NCBI RefSeq assembly: GCF_000341395.1
Contig: NC_020304.1
Span: 2,340,001-2,372,000, forward strand
DNA: 32,000 nt
Origin: Desulfocapsa sulfexigens DSM 10523
Lineage (GTDB): Bacteria > Desulfobacterota > Desulfobulbia > Desulfobulbales > Desulfocapsaceae
Direction: 5' to 3'
Shown here: in pieces, positions 8,216 to 15,668 of the stretch
Numbering within the stretch: position 1 is the stretch's first letter
How the letters are laid out: each line of letters begins with the position of its first letter
Translations under genes and position numbers: made by a program
The notes under the pieces: model-generated
Seen by the model: the letters and a program-made list of their open reading frames with translations, nothing else
What the model was told of the DNA's origin: nothing
Databases searched by the model: none

Positions 8216-9297
8216 CAGGTCCCCTGCTTGTGTAAAAGAAGGAACCCGCTTACTCCAAAGATGATATGAATGAGCATGGCCGCAAGTAGGGGGGACAGGT
8301 ACCCGACTCTGGCAAGCGACTGTAATGCTCCCCATATTCCCCATGCGACGAAGGCGATACCACAACTTGCAGGGATGGCGACGGAGAGATCTTTGCCCCA
8401 TTTTTTATAAGAGAGAAGGAGTATGGGCAGGCCTAAAAAAAGGAGAGGGATGCCGAGTAATGTATAGGACAGTCTGCTATAAAAATTCGTTTCGGCCACC
8501 GCAGTTTCGCTGGCGGTTTTTTGTTCTTGAGTGGCCTGAAAAAGCTCGGTCAAAGAAAGTTCTGCTGACTGGTATTTGGGAACAAAAAAGAATTCCGGGC
8601 TTTCTGGAAAATCAAACCTTTTCTTTGTGAAGAGGGTGGTACGGTAATCGTTGGGGTTAATATTTCTCTGGATCTGGCCATTTGTTAAGTGCCATCCTTT
8701 TTTGTCCCATACTGCCTTGTCCGCAGCTATAAGGGTTTCCAGCCTGTGATCTTTGTCCCAGCTGGAGTAGGAGAAATAGAGAAAAAGATTTTTGTCGGGA
8801 TAGGGCCTGGCAAAAGAATAAAACCCCTCCACCCCCTTATAGTAATACCGACCATTACGAAAAATACCAAGGGGCACCATACCTCTTACGTCCTCGTACC
8901 AGATGGTGTTGGTTGCCGCTATGGTACGCGGCAAAACCCATTGGGCCATGGCAAGGAAGAGGATGGTGGAGATTATCGAGCCAATGAGGATGGGCTTAAC
9001 AATCTTTCGCAGGTGGATACCGCTGGCCATCATTGCGGTGAGTTCCTTATTATTGCTAAGCATTCCAAGAGTGATTACTCCAGAGAGTAAAATCAGGATC
9101 GGGCCCAGCATGTCAACGATAAAGGGGATGCTCAAAAGAAAAAACTTAAAGACGAGACCCATTGATTTCCCGCTTTCCATGAAGTTGTCTATTTTTTCAA
9201 AAAAGTCGACAAGGATGTAGATGGAAATGAAAGCAGCAGCCACGATAAAGAAAGTACGGGCAAACTGGGCCAGGATGTATCGATTTAGAAGTATCAC
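8215..9297 (-). CDS. LptF/LptG-family (YjgP/YjgQ) lipopolysaccharide export permease
   Basis: 360 aa. N-terminus MILLNRYILAQFARTFFIVAAAFISIYILVDFFEKIDNF is typical of the family. It has six predicted TM segments and a periplasmic beta-jellyroll insert. Confidence 0.85.
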   Translation of the reverse strand: MILLNRYILAQFARTFFIVAAAFISIYILVDFFEKIDNFMESGKSMGLVFKFFLLSIPFIVDMLGPILILLSGVITLGMLSNNKELTAMMASGIHLRKIVKPILIGSIISTILFLAMAQWVLPRTIAATNTIWYEDVRGMVPLGIFRNGRYYYKGVEGFYSFARPYPDKNLFLYFSYSSWDKDHRLETLIAADKAVWDKKGWHLTNGQIQRNINPNDYRTTLFTKKRFDFPESPEFFFVPKYQSAELSLTELFQATQEQKTASETAVAETNFYSRLSYTLLGIPLLFLGLPILLLSYKKWGKDLSVAIPASCGIAFVAWGIWGALQSLARVGYLSPLLAAMLIHIIFGVSGFLLLHKQGT

Positions 9298-9303
9298 AAA
9301 AAT

Positions 9304-9684
9304 TTACCAGCGGATAAAACGATGAACCAGTAGGAATCCAATGGCCACCATCCCAAGTCCAAAAAGATTTGAAAAAGCTAGATAGGTAAAAGCCTGAAGA
9401 TGTTCACCGGCTTTAAACATCTGTACGGTTTCCCGGGCAAAGGTTGAAAATGTCGTGAATCCACCGAGAAATCCTGTAAACAAAAAGAGTCTGAATTCAT
9501 TGCTGATTGTAACCCGGTCAAAGAATGACCAGAGTATACCTATACATAGGCATCCGATGAGGTTGGCAAGAAAGGTTCCGACCGGAAATGTTTGAGTGTG
9601 GTACTCCCCTGCAACAAGGGCAATGAAGTACCTGCCCAGGGAACCGATTGCTCCACCTAGAGCCACTGCAATTATTTTTTCCAT
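9304..9684 (-). CDS. crcB: Fluoride ion channel CrcB/FluC
   Basis: 126 aa with four hydrophobic helices. Motifs GGAIGSLGRY and GFLGGFTTFSTF. It ends 6 nt before the permease start. Confidence 0.9.
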   Translation of the reverse strand: MEKIIAVALGGAIGSLGRYFIALVAGEYHTQTFPVGTFLANLIGCLCIGILWSFFDRVTISNEFRLFLFTGFLGGFTTFSTFARETVQMFKAGEHLQAFTYLAFSNLFGLGMVAIGFLLVHRFIRW

Positions 9685-9858
9685 ACTGTAAATTTTATAG
9701 AAACAGTTTCACCGCCAAATGAATAGTAGCTTGTAGAATTACCTGGATCGTAATAAATAGGGTATATTTCTGTTATTGGCATTTGTTGCAGTAGGTAACA
9801 TCATAGATGGTGAACGTCAAGTATAAGGCGTGGTTAAGGATAGACGAGGTGTTGTTCA

Positions 9859-11481
9859 ATGAAGCCCATAGTATGTTCGGTGCAGGTAGATGCACCGGCT
9901 CCAGGTCTGCACGATAATACTGCTGATCTTGACCGTTTACAGCAGGTACTGACCCAGGCTCTTGATGATGGTCGTTCGATTGGAATTCCCTATCCATGTA
10001 TGACCGCAGTAGCAAGAAATTTTCGTGCGGCGAAATTTGCAGGTTGGGCCCTTTTGAACAATCTGGAACAGGGATGGGAGCTGGTTGACTTTTTTGAAGA
10101 GAGTCCCCCTGTAATTGCTGCCATGGCACTTGATCTTGGGACCACCCACCTTGAGGCCACCCTTCTCAATCTCCATAACGGGGAAATCCTGTCTCAAGGA
10201 AATCTTGAAAATGCCCAGATTGCATATGGAGCTGATATCCTCAGTCGTATTCATCACGCCACCACAAAACGAAGACAGCAGAAACCATTGGCAGCAGATT
10301 TTAAGGATCCCGGGCTTGATGAATTGCAAGGAGTCATTATTACGGCAATCAATGACCTGACAATACTTCTGGCGGGGCAGGCTGAGGTGTCTCCCAAAGA
10401 AATCCGTGCCCTTTCGGTATCTGGAAATACCACCATGGCCCATCTGTTTCTTGGTCTTGATCCCTATCATATCTGTAGAGAACCTTATATCCCGCTGTTT
10501 AACAGAGCTCAATCCATACGTGGTGAACAGCTGCAGCTGGTGATCAGTCCAATGGCTCCGGTTTGGATAATGCCATCCGTTGGAAGCTATTTTGGTGGTG
10601 ATCTCATATCCGGAATTCTGGCTTCGGGTATGGCCCATTCTGAAGAAACCAGAATGCTGATTGATGTTGGAACCAACGCTGAGGTGGTTCTTGGCAACAG
10701 TGAGTGGTTGATAGCCTGTGCCGGTGCTGCCGGTCCTGCACTTGAAGGCGGGGTGGCGAAGATGGGAATGCGGGCAGGCCCCGGCGCAATTGAATTTGTT
10801 TCAATAGACCCTGACACCTATGAACTGGAGTATCGGACGATTGGAGATGTGGCTCCGAAGGGTATCTGCGGTTCGGGGCTGATAGATCTGGTAGCAGCTC
10901 TCTATCTTACAAGAATGATAGATATTCGTGGAAAATTCAGAGATCCGGATACAGAACAGGATCCGCTGAGGGCAGCATTCATGCGCGAGCACCTTGTAAG
11001 ACGTGATGATGGACTCTGTTTTGTGCTGACAGGTATCAGTGCGACCGGGCTTGAAGCAGAGGTTGTACTTGCGCAGATTGATCTTGATGCCATGATACGC
11101 TCTAAAGCTGCCATGTATGCAATTTTAACCACCTTGATGAATCAGGTGGGTCTGGAATTTTCTGATCTGAAAGAGATTGTTGTGGCAGGAGCCTTTGGCC
11201 GTCATATTAACCCACAGAATGCAATGACACTTGGGATGCTTCCGGACCTTCCCATCTCTGTCTATCGGGCCATCGGAAACAGTTCCCTGCACGGAGCGGA
11301 ACAGGTGCTTCTTGATGATGACGCACGTCAGGAGTGTGAAAAAATTGTCTCCAGCATTACCTATCTGGAGTTGAATGTGAACCAGGAGTTTATGATTCGT
11401 TTTTCGGGTGCTCGTTTTATTCCCCATACAGATCCTTCACTTTTTCCTTCTATCCCACAGTTTTCCTCTATGGAAGAGTGA
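9859..11481 (+). CDS. ASKHA-fold ATPase of the DUF4445/RACo C-terminal type, lacking an N-terminal ferredoxin domain
   Basis: 540 aa. Phosphate-1-like LDLGTTHLEATLL, AYGADILSRI, SGNTTMAHLFLG, IDVGTNAEVVLG and CAGAAGPALEGG. GAGG lies 9 nt before the ATG. Confidence 0.65.
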   Translation: MKPIVCSVQVDAPAPGLHDNTADLDRLQQVLTQALDDGRSIGIPYPCMTAVARNFRAAKFAGWALLNNLEQGWELVDFFEESPPVIAAMALDLGTTHLEATLLNLHNGEILSQGNLENAQIAYGADILSRIHHATTKRRQQKPLAADFKDPGLDELQGVIITAINDLTILLAGQAEVSPKEIRALSVSGNTTMAHLFLGLDPYHICREPYIPLFNRAQSIRGEQLQLVISPMAPVWIMPSVGSYFGGDLISGILASGMAHSEETRMLIDVGTNAEVVLGNSEWLIACAGAAGPALEGGVAKMGMRAGPGAIEFVSIDPDTYELEYRTIGDVAPKGICGSGLIDLVAALYLTRMIDIRGKFRDPDTEQDPLRAAFMREHLVRRDDGLCFVLTGISATGLEAEVVLAQIDLDAMIRSKAAMYAILTTLMNQVGLEFSDLKEIVVAGAFGRHINPQNAMTLGMLPDLPISVYRAIGNSSLHGAEQVLLDDDARQECEKIVSSITYLELNVNQEFMIRFSGARFIPHTDPSLFPSIPQFSSMEE

Positions 11482-11503
11482 TTTTCTCAATCACTCTGGA
11501 CGC

Positions 11504-11533
11504 TTGCATTTTAGGGAATTGATGTGGTATACT
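11504..11533 (+). promoter_or_regulatory. Candidate sigma-70 promoter with extended -10 for the DHH gene
   Basis: TTGCAT (11504-11509), an 18-nt spacer, then TGgTATACT (-10 hexamer at 11528-11533). Sequence match only. Confidence 0.35.
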
Positions 11534-11604
11534 TTTTCGGTTTTGAATAGAGAGTATTCTCAGGATATCTCAAAATTTTGTCCCCCATTGTTTCCGGATG
11601 ACGG

Positions 11605-12693
11605 GTGGCTGCAATTAATGAAAGGAACTGGTGGCTCGTTTATCGCAAAGAGTGTGAGGAGCGATCTGCTGCAGTGCTTTACATGGCAAAAAAAATAAAT
11701 AAAAGTTGCAACCAGAGTGTATGGAAGAGTGCCCGGGATCGTCTCAACGGGTTTTGGGCTGTTTTTGACAAGGAGGACGATGTCCTTGTCTGTATAAATG
11801 CTGATCCGGATGCCCTGGCCAGTGCTCTTGCCATCAAAAGGATTCTCCGTTATCGGGTGAAATCCGTTGTTATTGCCCACCCTAATGAGATTCACCGTCT
11901 GAATAATGTCTCCATGGTGGAGCGTCTTAAAATTCCTCTGGAACGCCTCGGAAATATAAAAATCCAGGATTATACAAAAAAGGTTCTGGTTGATTCTCAA
12001 CCGGGTCATCTACCCGTTTTTGAAAAGATCGAATTCGATGCCATTATCGATCACCACCCCGTCGTGGGAGAGTATGCCTCCTCATTTGTGGATATACGCC
12101 CCCAATATGGTGCCTGTTCCACAATGTTGATAGAATATTTACGTGCAGGCAGTATGAAGCCGTCGGTTTCACTCGCCACTGCTCTATTCTATGCAATCAA
12201 GGTGGATACCCAGGATTTTTCTCAGCAGTCAGTATTGGCTGACGGGATTTCTTTTCGCTATCTTTTTAACATTGCCAATCGTAATCTGGTAAAGAAGTTT
12301 GAGTTGGCTGATATGCGCCGCTCCGAACTGAAGTATTTTAATGTCGCACTCAGCAATCTTATTTATACAAAGGGACGATTTTATACTCATTTAGGGAAGG
12401 TGAGAAGTCCTGATATCCTTGTGAATATTGCGAATTTTCTCAATCATGTGGATAAGATCGACTGGGTGCTTGTTTCGGGGATCTATGGGGAGAAACTGGT
12501 TGTCATTTTCCGTTGTGATGGGTATCGGAAGAGTGCTGGAAAACTGGCGGAACGTATTTTTTCTGAAGTCGGATCAGCCGGTGGCCATAAGGAGGCTGCA
12601 CGAGCCGAAGTTCCCCTGAAGAATCTCTCACTTGGCGAAAAAGAATTTTCCACCCAGACATTGAAACGTTTGGCGACGAGACATATGATATAA
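11605..12693 (+). CDS. DHH/DHHA1-family phosphoesterase (NrnA-like nanoRNase / pAp or dinucleotide phosphodiesterase family)
   Basis: Motifs NADPDALASA, LVDSQP, IIDHHP and C-terminal GSAGGHKEAARA. The start is uncertain: GTG 11605 or ATG 11683, neither with a clear Shine-Dalgarno. Confidence 0.8.
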   Translation: MAAINERNWWLVYRKECEERSAAVLYMAKKINKSCNQSVWKSARDRLNGFWAVFDKEDDVLVCINADPDALASALAIKRILRYRVKSVVIAHPNEIHRLNNVSMVERLKIPLERLGNIKIQDYTKKVLVDSQPGHLPVFEKIEFDAIIDHHPVVGEYASSFVDIRPQYGACSTMLIEYLRAGSMKPSVSLATALFYAIKVDTQDFSQQSVLADGISFRYLFNIANRNLVKKFELADMRRSELKYFNVALSNLIYTKGRFYTHLGKVRSPDILVNIANFLNHVDKIDWVLVSGIYGEKLVVIFRCDGYRKSAGKLAERIFSEVGSAGGHKEAARAEVPLKNLSLGEKEFSTQTLKRLATRHMI

Positions 12694-12760
12694 GAGACTA
12701 TACTGTTTATGTAGTATGCAATAGATAACACTTTCAGTGTCTGAAACCCAATGGAGTATT

Positions 12761-14035
12761 ATGCCGAAGTCCACTACACTCGCAATGATTCTTGCTGGCA
12801 GTCGTGTTGACAATCTCAATGTTTTGACATATTACCGTCCTAAATCAGCGGTTCCGTTTGGCGGGTTTGCAAGAGTTATTGATTTCGCTTTAAGCAACCT
12901 CCTCCACTCCGGTATTGAACAGGTTGCAATTCTCTCCCAGTATCGAAGTTACTCCCTTATCAATCATATTGGTACGGGCGCGGCCTGGGATATGATTGGC
13001 CGCAATCGTGGTGTTTCTATTCTTCCTCCTTTTAAAGATAATAGTGACAACAAGTGTCATGCGGACTGGTATCGGGGATCAGCCGATGCAGTGTACAAGA
13101 ATCTTGATTTTGTCCAATATCACGACCCTGAACAGATCCTGATCCTTTCTGGAGATCATATCTATAAGATGGATTATCAGGATATGATTGCCTATCATCA
13201 TAAAAAAGATGCTGATTTGACCATTGCCTTTGTCCAGGTCGATAAGTCCAAGGCTCATCGTTTCGGCATCGCCGCCATAGATTCAAACGAGGATGGAGAG
13301 ACAGGTGGACGGCTCCTTAATTACTGGGAGAAACCTGAATCTCCTGAGGCAGACTGGGCATCCCTTACTGTTTTGGTTTTTAAGCCGGAGGTGTTGTACA
13401 GGGCTTTACAGGAAAATCAGGAATCCAGTTCGTTTGAATTTGGCAGGGATATTATTCCCCAGCTCATGGCACAGGGACGGAAGGTTTACGGCTACAAATA
13501 TACTGGATATTGGGGATATACCGGGACAACTGAGGAGTATTGGCAGGCAAGTATGGATCTTCTTGGGGAGAATCCACCCATAGATATGGAGGCCTGGGGA
13601 CTGCGTACTAATATGGAACATCGCGGAATCAGGGATGCCCAGCCAGCATTAATCCGTGACGGGGCAATAGTTCATAACAGTCTTGTCTACAATGGCTGCA
13701 TTGTTGAGGGCACCGTAAAAAATTCAATTCTTTTTCCGGGAGTCCATGTTGAAAAGGGGGCTGTTGTAGAAGATTCTGTCCTGTTTTTTAATAATCATAT
13801 CGGAGCTGACTGTAAGCTGAGTAGAGTTATCATGGATGTGAACTCTGTTATAGGTCAGGGAGTCCGCATTGGTCCAGAGGCCACGAGTAAGGCGAAGGTG
13901 GTGACACTTATCGGCTGGAATAATCATATACCCGATAATATGTGCATTGGTGAAGGCGCGAAGATCTATCCCAATATCAGTTCGGAGCAATGGTCGAAAG
14001 TAAAATGTGTTGAAGCCGAAGAGGTGCTGAGATGA
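12761..14035 (+). CDS. Glucose-1-phosphate adenylyltransferase paralogue with a degenerate N-terminal nucleotide loop (GlgD-like, probably a regulatory subunit)
   Basis: GlgC fold throughout (RPKSAVPFGGFARVIDFALSN, ILSGDHIYKMDY, YWEKPE, C-terminal left-handed beta-helix repeats). However, AGGxGxRL is replaced by AGSRVDNL (12791-12817). ATG 12761 lies 4 nt after GGAG, and the track start at 12737 is a GTG. Confidence 0.8.
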   Translation: MPKSTTLAMILAGSRVDNLNVLTYYRPKSAVPFGGFARVIDFALSNLLHSGIEQVAILSQYRSYSLINHIGTGAAWDMIGRNRGVSILPPFKDNSDNKCHADWYRGSADAVYKNLDFVQYHDPEQILILSGDHIYKMDYQDMIAYHHKKDADLTIAFVQVDKSKAHRFGIAAIDSNEDGETGGRLLNYWEKPESPEADWASLTVLVFKPEVLYRALQENQESSSFEFGRDIIPQLMAQGRKVYGYKYTGYWGYTGTTEEYWQASMDLLGENPPIDMEAWGLRTNMEHRGIRDAQPALIRDGAIVHNSLVYNGCIVEGTVKNSILFPGVHVEKGAVVEDSVLFFNNHIGADCKLSRVIMDVNSVIGQGVRIGPEATSKAKVVTLIGWNNHIPDNMCIGEGAKIYPNISSEQWSKVKCVEAEEVLR

Positions 14036-15297
14036 GCGTAAAACAAGAGGCTCTGGTACTTCTCCTTGCCGGTGGGGTTGGCAGCAGACTGAATATCCTG
14101 GTGCAGAGTCGGGCAAAACCGGCTGTTCCTTTTGCCGGGCATTACCGGATAATTGATTTCAGTCTCAGTAATGTAATGACCTCCGGTCTTACTAAAATCG
14201 GAGTGCTGACCCAGTATAAACCCCTGTCTCTTATGCGGCATCTGGGCATGGGGGAAGCTTGGGACTTTACTGGACGAAGCAGAGGCTTGAAGATATTGCC
14301 TCCACACACCGGATTTAAGGACTCAGACTGGTATAAAGGCACCGCCGACGCTGTCCGGCAGAATATAGACTTTCTTGAGAAGAATCCGGCCGATGAGGTA
14401 TTGCTTCTTTCGGGAGATCACATCTATAATATGGATTTTCATGCCATGATTGAATACCATCGCTTCAAGAAAGCTGATGTGACGATTGGGATGATGGTCG
14501 TACCCATGAGCGAGATTTACCAGTTTGGTGCAGGGGTGACTGATGATAATAATCGGATTATTGACTGGGAAGAAAAGCCCGAGCATCCCAAGACTAATCT
14601 TGCCTCCATGGGAATTTATGTCTTTGATTATAAATACCTTCTTGACTCCCTGTACCGGGATAAGGCGGAAGTCGATTTTGGTATGCACATTTTGCCACGG
14701 GCCATTGATAATGACAATGTCTTTGCCTATCCTTTCTACGGCTACTGGAGGGATGTGGGAACGATCCAGTCCTATTGGGAGGCCAATATGGATGTGATCA
14801 TGCGTGACAGTGCGATTTCTCCCGCAGCATGGGGGGTACGAACCAATATCGAAGCTGATGGCCGTCCCGCAGATCGGCCACCGGCCCGTTTCTCCAATAG
14901 TGCCAAGGTGAGCTGTTCTATGATCTCTGCAGGGTGTGTCATTCGGGGTACTGTAATAAATTCGGTTCTGGCACCGGGGGTAGTGGTGGAGGAAGGTGCG
15001 GTTGTCCGGGATTCTATTCTTTTTGCTGATTGCACTGTTGGGAAAAAAAGTACCGTCGATTTAACAATCTGCGATAAGCGAGTGAAAATTTCAGGCGATA
15101 CCATCGTCGGTTCAGGGATGAATCACGATTTTCCAAATATCAAGCAGCCCAAACACCTGTATACAGGGATCACTCTGGTTGGGAAGGAGGCGAGTATTCC
15201 TTCAGGTATAACCATTGGTCGTAACTGTATTGTCAACTCGAAAACAGAAGAATCCGCTTTTTCCACCGGGAAAATTGCCGATGGCGAAACAGTGTGA
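14032..15297 (+). CDS. glgC: Glucose-1-phosphate adenylyltransferase (catalytic ADP-glucose pyrophosphorylase)
   Basis: Canonical LLAGGVGSRL, RAKPAVPFAGHYRIIDFSLSN, LLSGDHIYNMDF and WEEKPE. The ATGA overlap with the preceding stop implies translational coupling. Confidence 0.9.
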   Translation: MSVKQEALVLLLAGGVGSRLNILVQSRAKPAVPFAGHYRIIDFSLSNVMTSGLTKIGVLTQYKPLSLMRHLGMGEAWDFTGRSRGLKILPPHTGFKDSDWYKGTADAVRQNIDFLEKNPADEVLLLSGDHIYNMDFHAMIEYHRFKKADVTIGMMVVPMSEIYQFGAGVTDDNNRIIDWEEKPEHPKTNLASMGIYVFDYKYLLDSLYRDKAEVDFGMHILPRAIDNDNVFAYPFYGYWRDVGTIQSYWEANMDVIMRDSAISPAAWGVRTNIEADGRPADRPPARFSNSAKVSCSMISAGCVIRGTVINSVLAPGVVVEEGAVVRDSILFADCTVGKKSTVDLTICDKRVKISGDTIVGSGMNHDFPNIKQPKHLYTGITLVGKEASIPSGITIGRNCIVNSKTEESAFSTGKIADGETV

Positions 15298-15503
15298 GTT
15301 CTCGCACAGTATTTTTGGGAAATGACACTGTGATTGCAGGAAAATATCTTGGGGCACATAAGAGTACCTGATTACCAGCGAAACTCAGCTTTGCAACCCG
15401 GAGTTGTCCCATATAATCAACACGAAACAACTCCTCCTCAGGCGGGTAGGCTGAGGATTAGTGGTAATCGGGTAAAAGTATGCCCCAAAATAAAAGCGTT
15501 GAA

Positions 15504-15580
15504 TGGTGATCCCGGCGCGATTCGAACGCGCGACACCCAGATTAGGAATCTGGTGCTCTATCCTGCTGAGCTACGGGACC
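15504..15580 (-). tRNA. tRNA-Arg (anticodon CCU), 77 nt, CCA encoded
   Basis: Cloverleaf read on the minus strand. Acceptor GGTCCCG/CGGGATC and D arm GCTC-AGCAGGATA-GAGC. Anticodon arm CCAGA-TTCCTAA-TCTGG. Variable loop GTGTC, T arm GCGCG-TTCGAAT-CGCGC, discriminator A, then CCA. Confidence 0.95.
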
Positions 15581-15592
15581 ATGCCAGATTAT

Positions 15593-15618
15593 CCAGTCTT
15601 ATAGCAATTTAAGACTGG
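15593..15618. repeat. Perfect 9-bp inverted repeat (hairpin) between the kinase stop and the tRNA 5' end
   Basis: CCAGTCTTA (15593-15601), loop TAGCAATT, TAAGACTGG (15610-15618). No U-run follows on either strand. Confidence 0.5.
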
Positions 15619-15668
15619 AAAAGCTACCTGATTTTTGGCGGTTTCTGCCATTCAGACCTGTTCTCATC

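Noticed and set aside
8216-8401. N-terminal extensions of track ORFs: 7463-8401, 3977-4057, 24328-24396 and 30063-30188.
   Set aside because: Each extension would overlap the preceding gene or a terminator. In each case an internal start is better supported. For 7463-8401 and 30063-30188 it forms a TGATG overlap with the upstream stop. For 3977-4057 it has a strong Shine-Dalgarno. For 24328-24396 it matches the conserved N-terminus of the family.
9777-9790. Sigma-54-like TGGCATTTGTTGCA on the plus strand upstream of the RACo-like gene.
   Set aside because: GG and GC are separated by 8 nt rather than the obligatory 10 nt, so it does not fit a functional -24/-12 element.
9685-9858. Expected a fluoride (crcB-motif) riboswitch in the 5' leader of crcB.
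   Set aside because: Reading the minus strand, I could not find the conserved pseudoknot core (GGCGATG...AACCGCC...CTGATGATGCCTAC-like blocks). Only GGCGGTGAAACTG and a short ACTGT/ACAGT hairpin are present. A covariance-model scan (Rfam fluoride family) would be decisive.
9937-10638. 233-aa minus-strand ORF. Similar long antisense ORFs lie at 678-1172, 11560-12009 and 13724-14116.
   Set aside because: Each lies fully inside a plus-strand gene whose product carries clear family motifs. The antisense translations are low-complexity with no recognisable motifs and no ribosome-binding sites.
15334-15612. 92-aa plus-strand ORF from the track.
   Set aside because: It runs antisense through the tRNA-Arg gene and has no protein-like motifs. 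It is an ORF-caller artefact.
15298-15668. tRNA-Arg locus as a possible integration site for a genomic island or prophage.
   Set aside because: No integrase, no partial tRNA 3'-end direct repeat and no mobile genes were seen on either side. The flanking genes are glgC and a chromosomal-type sensor kinase.
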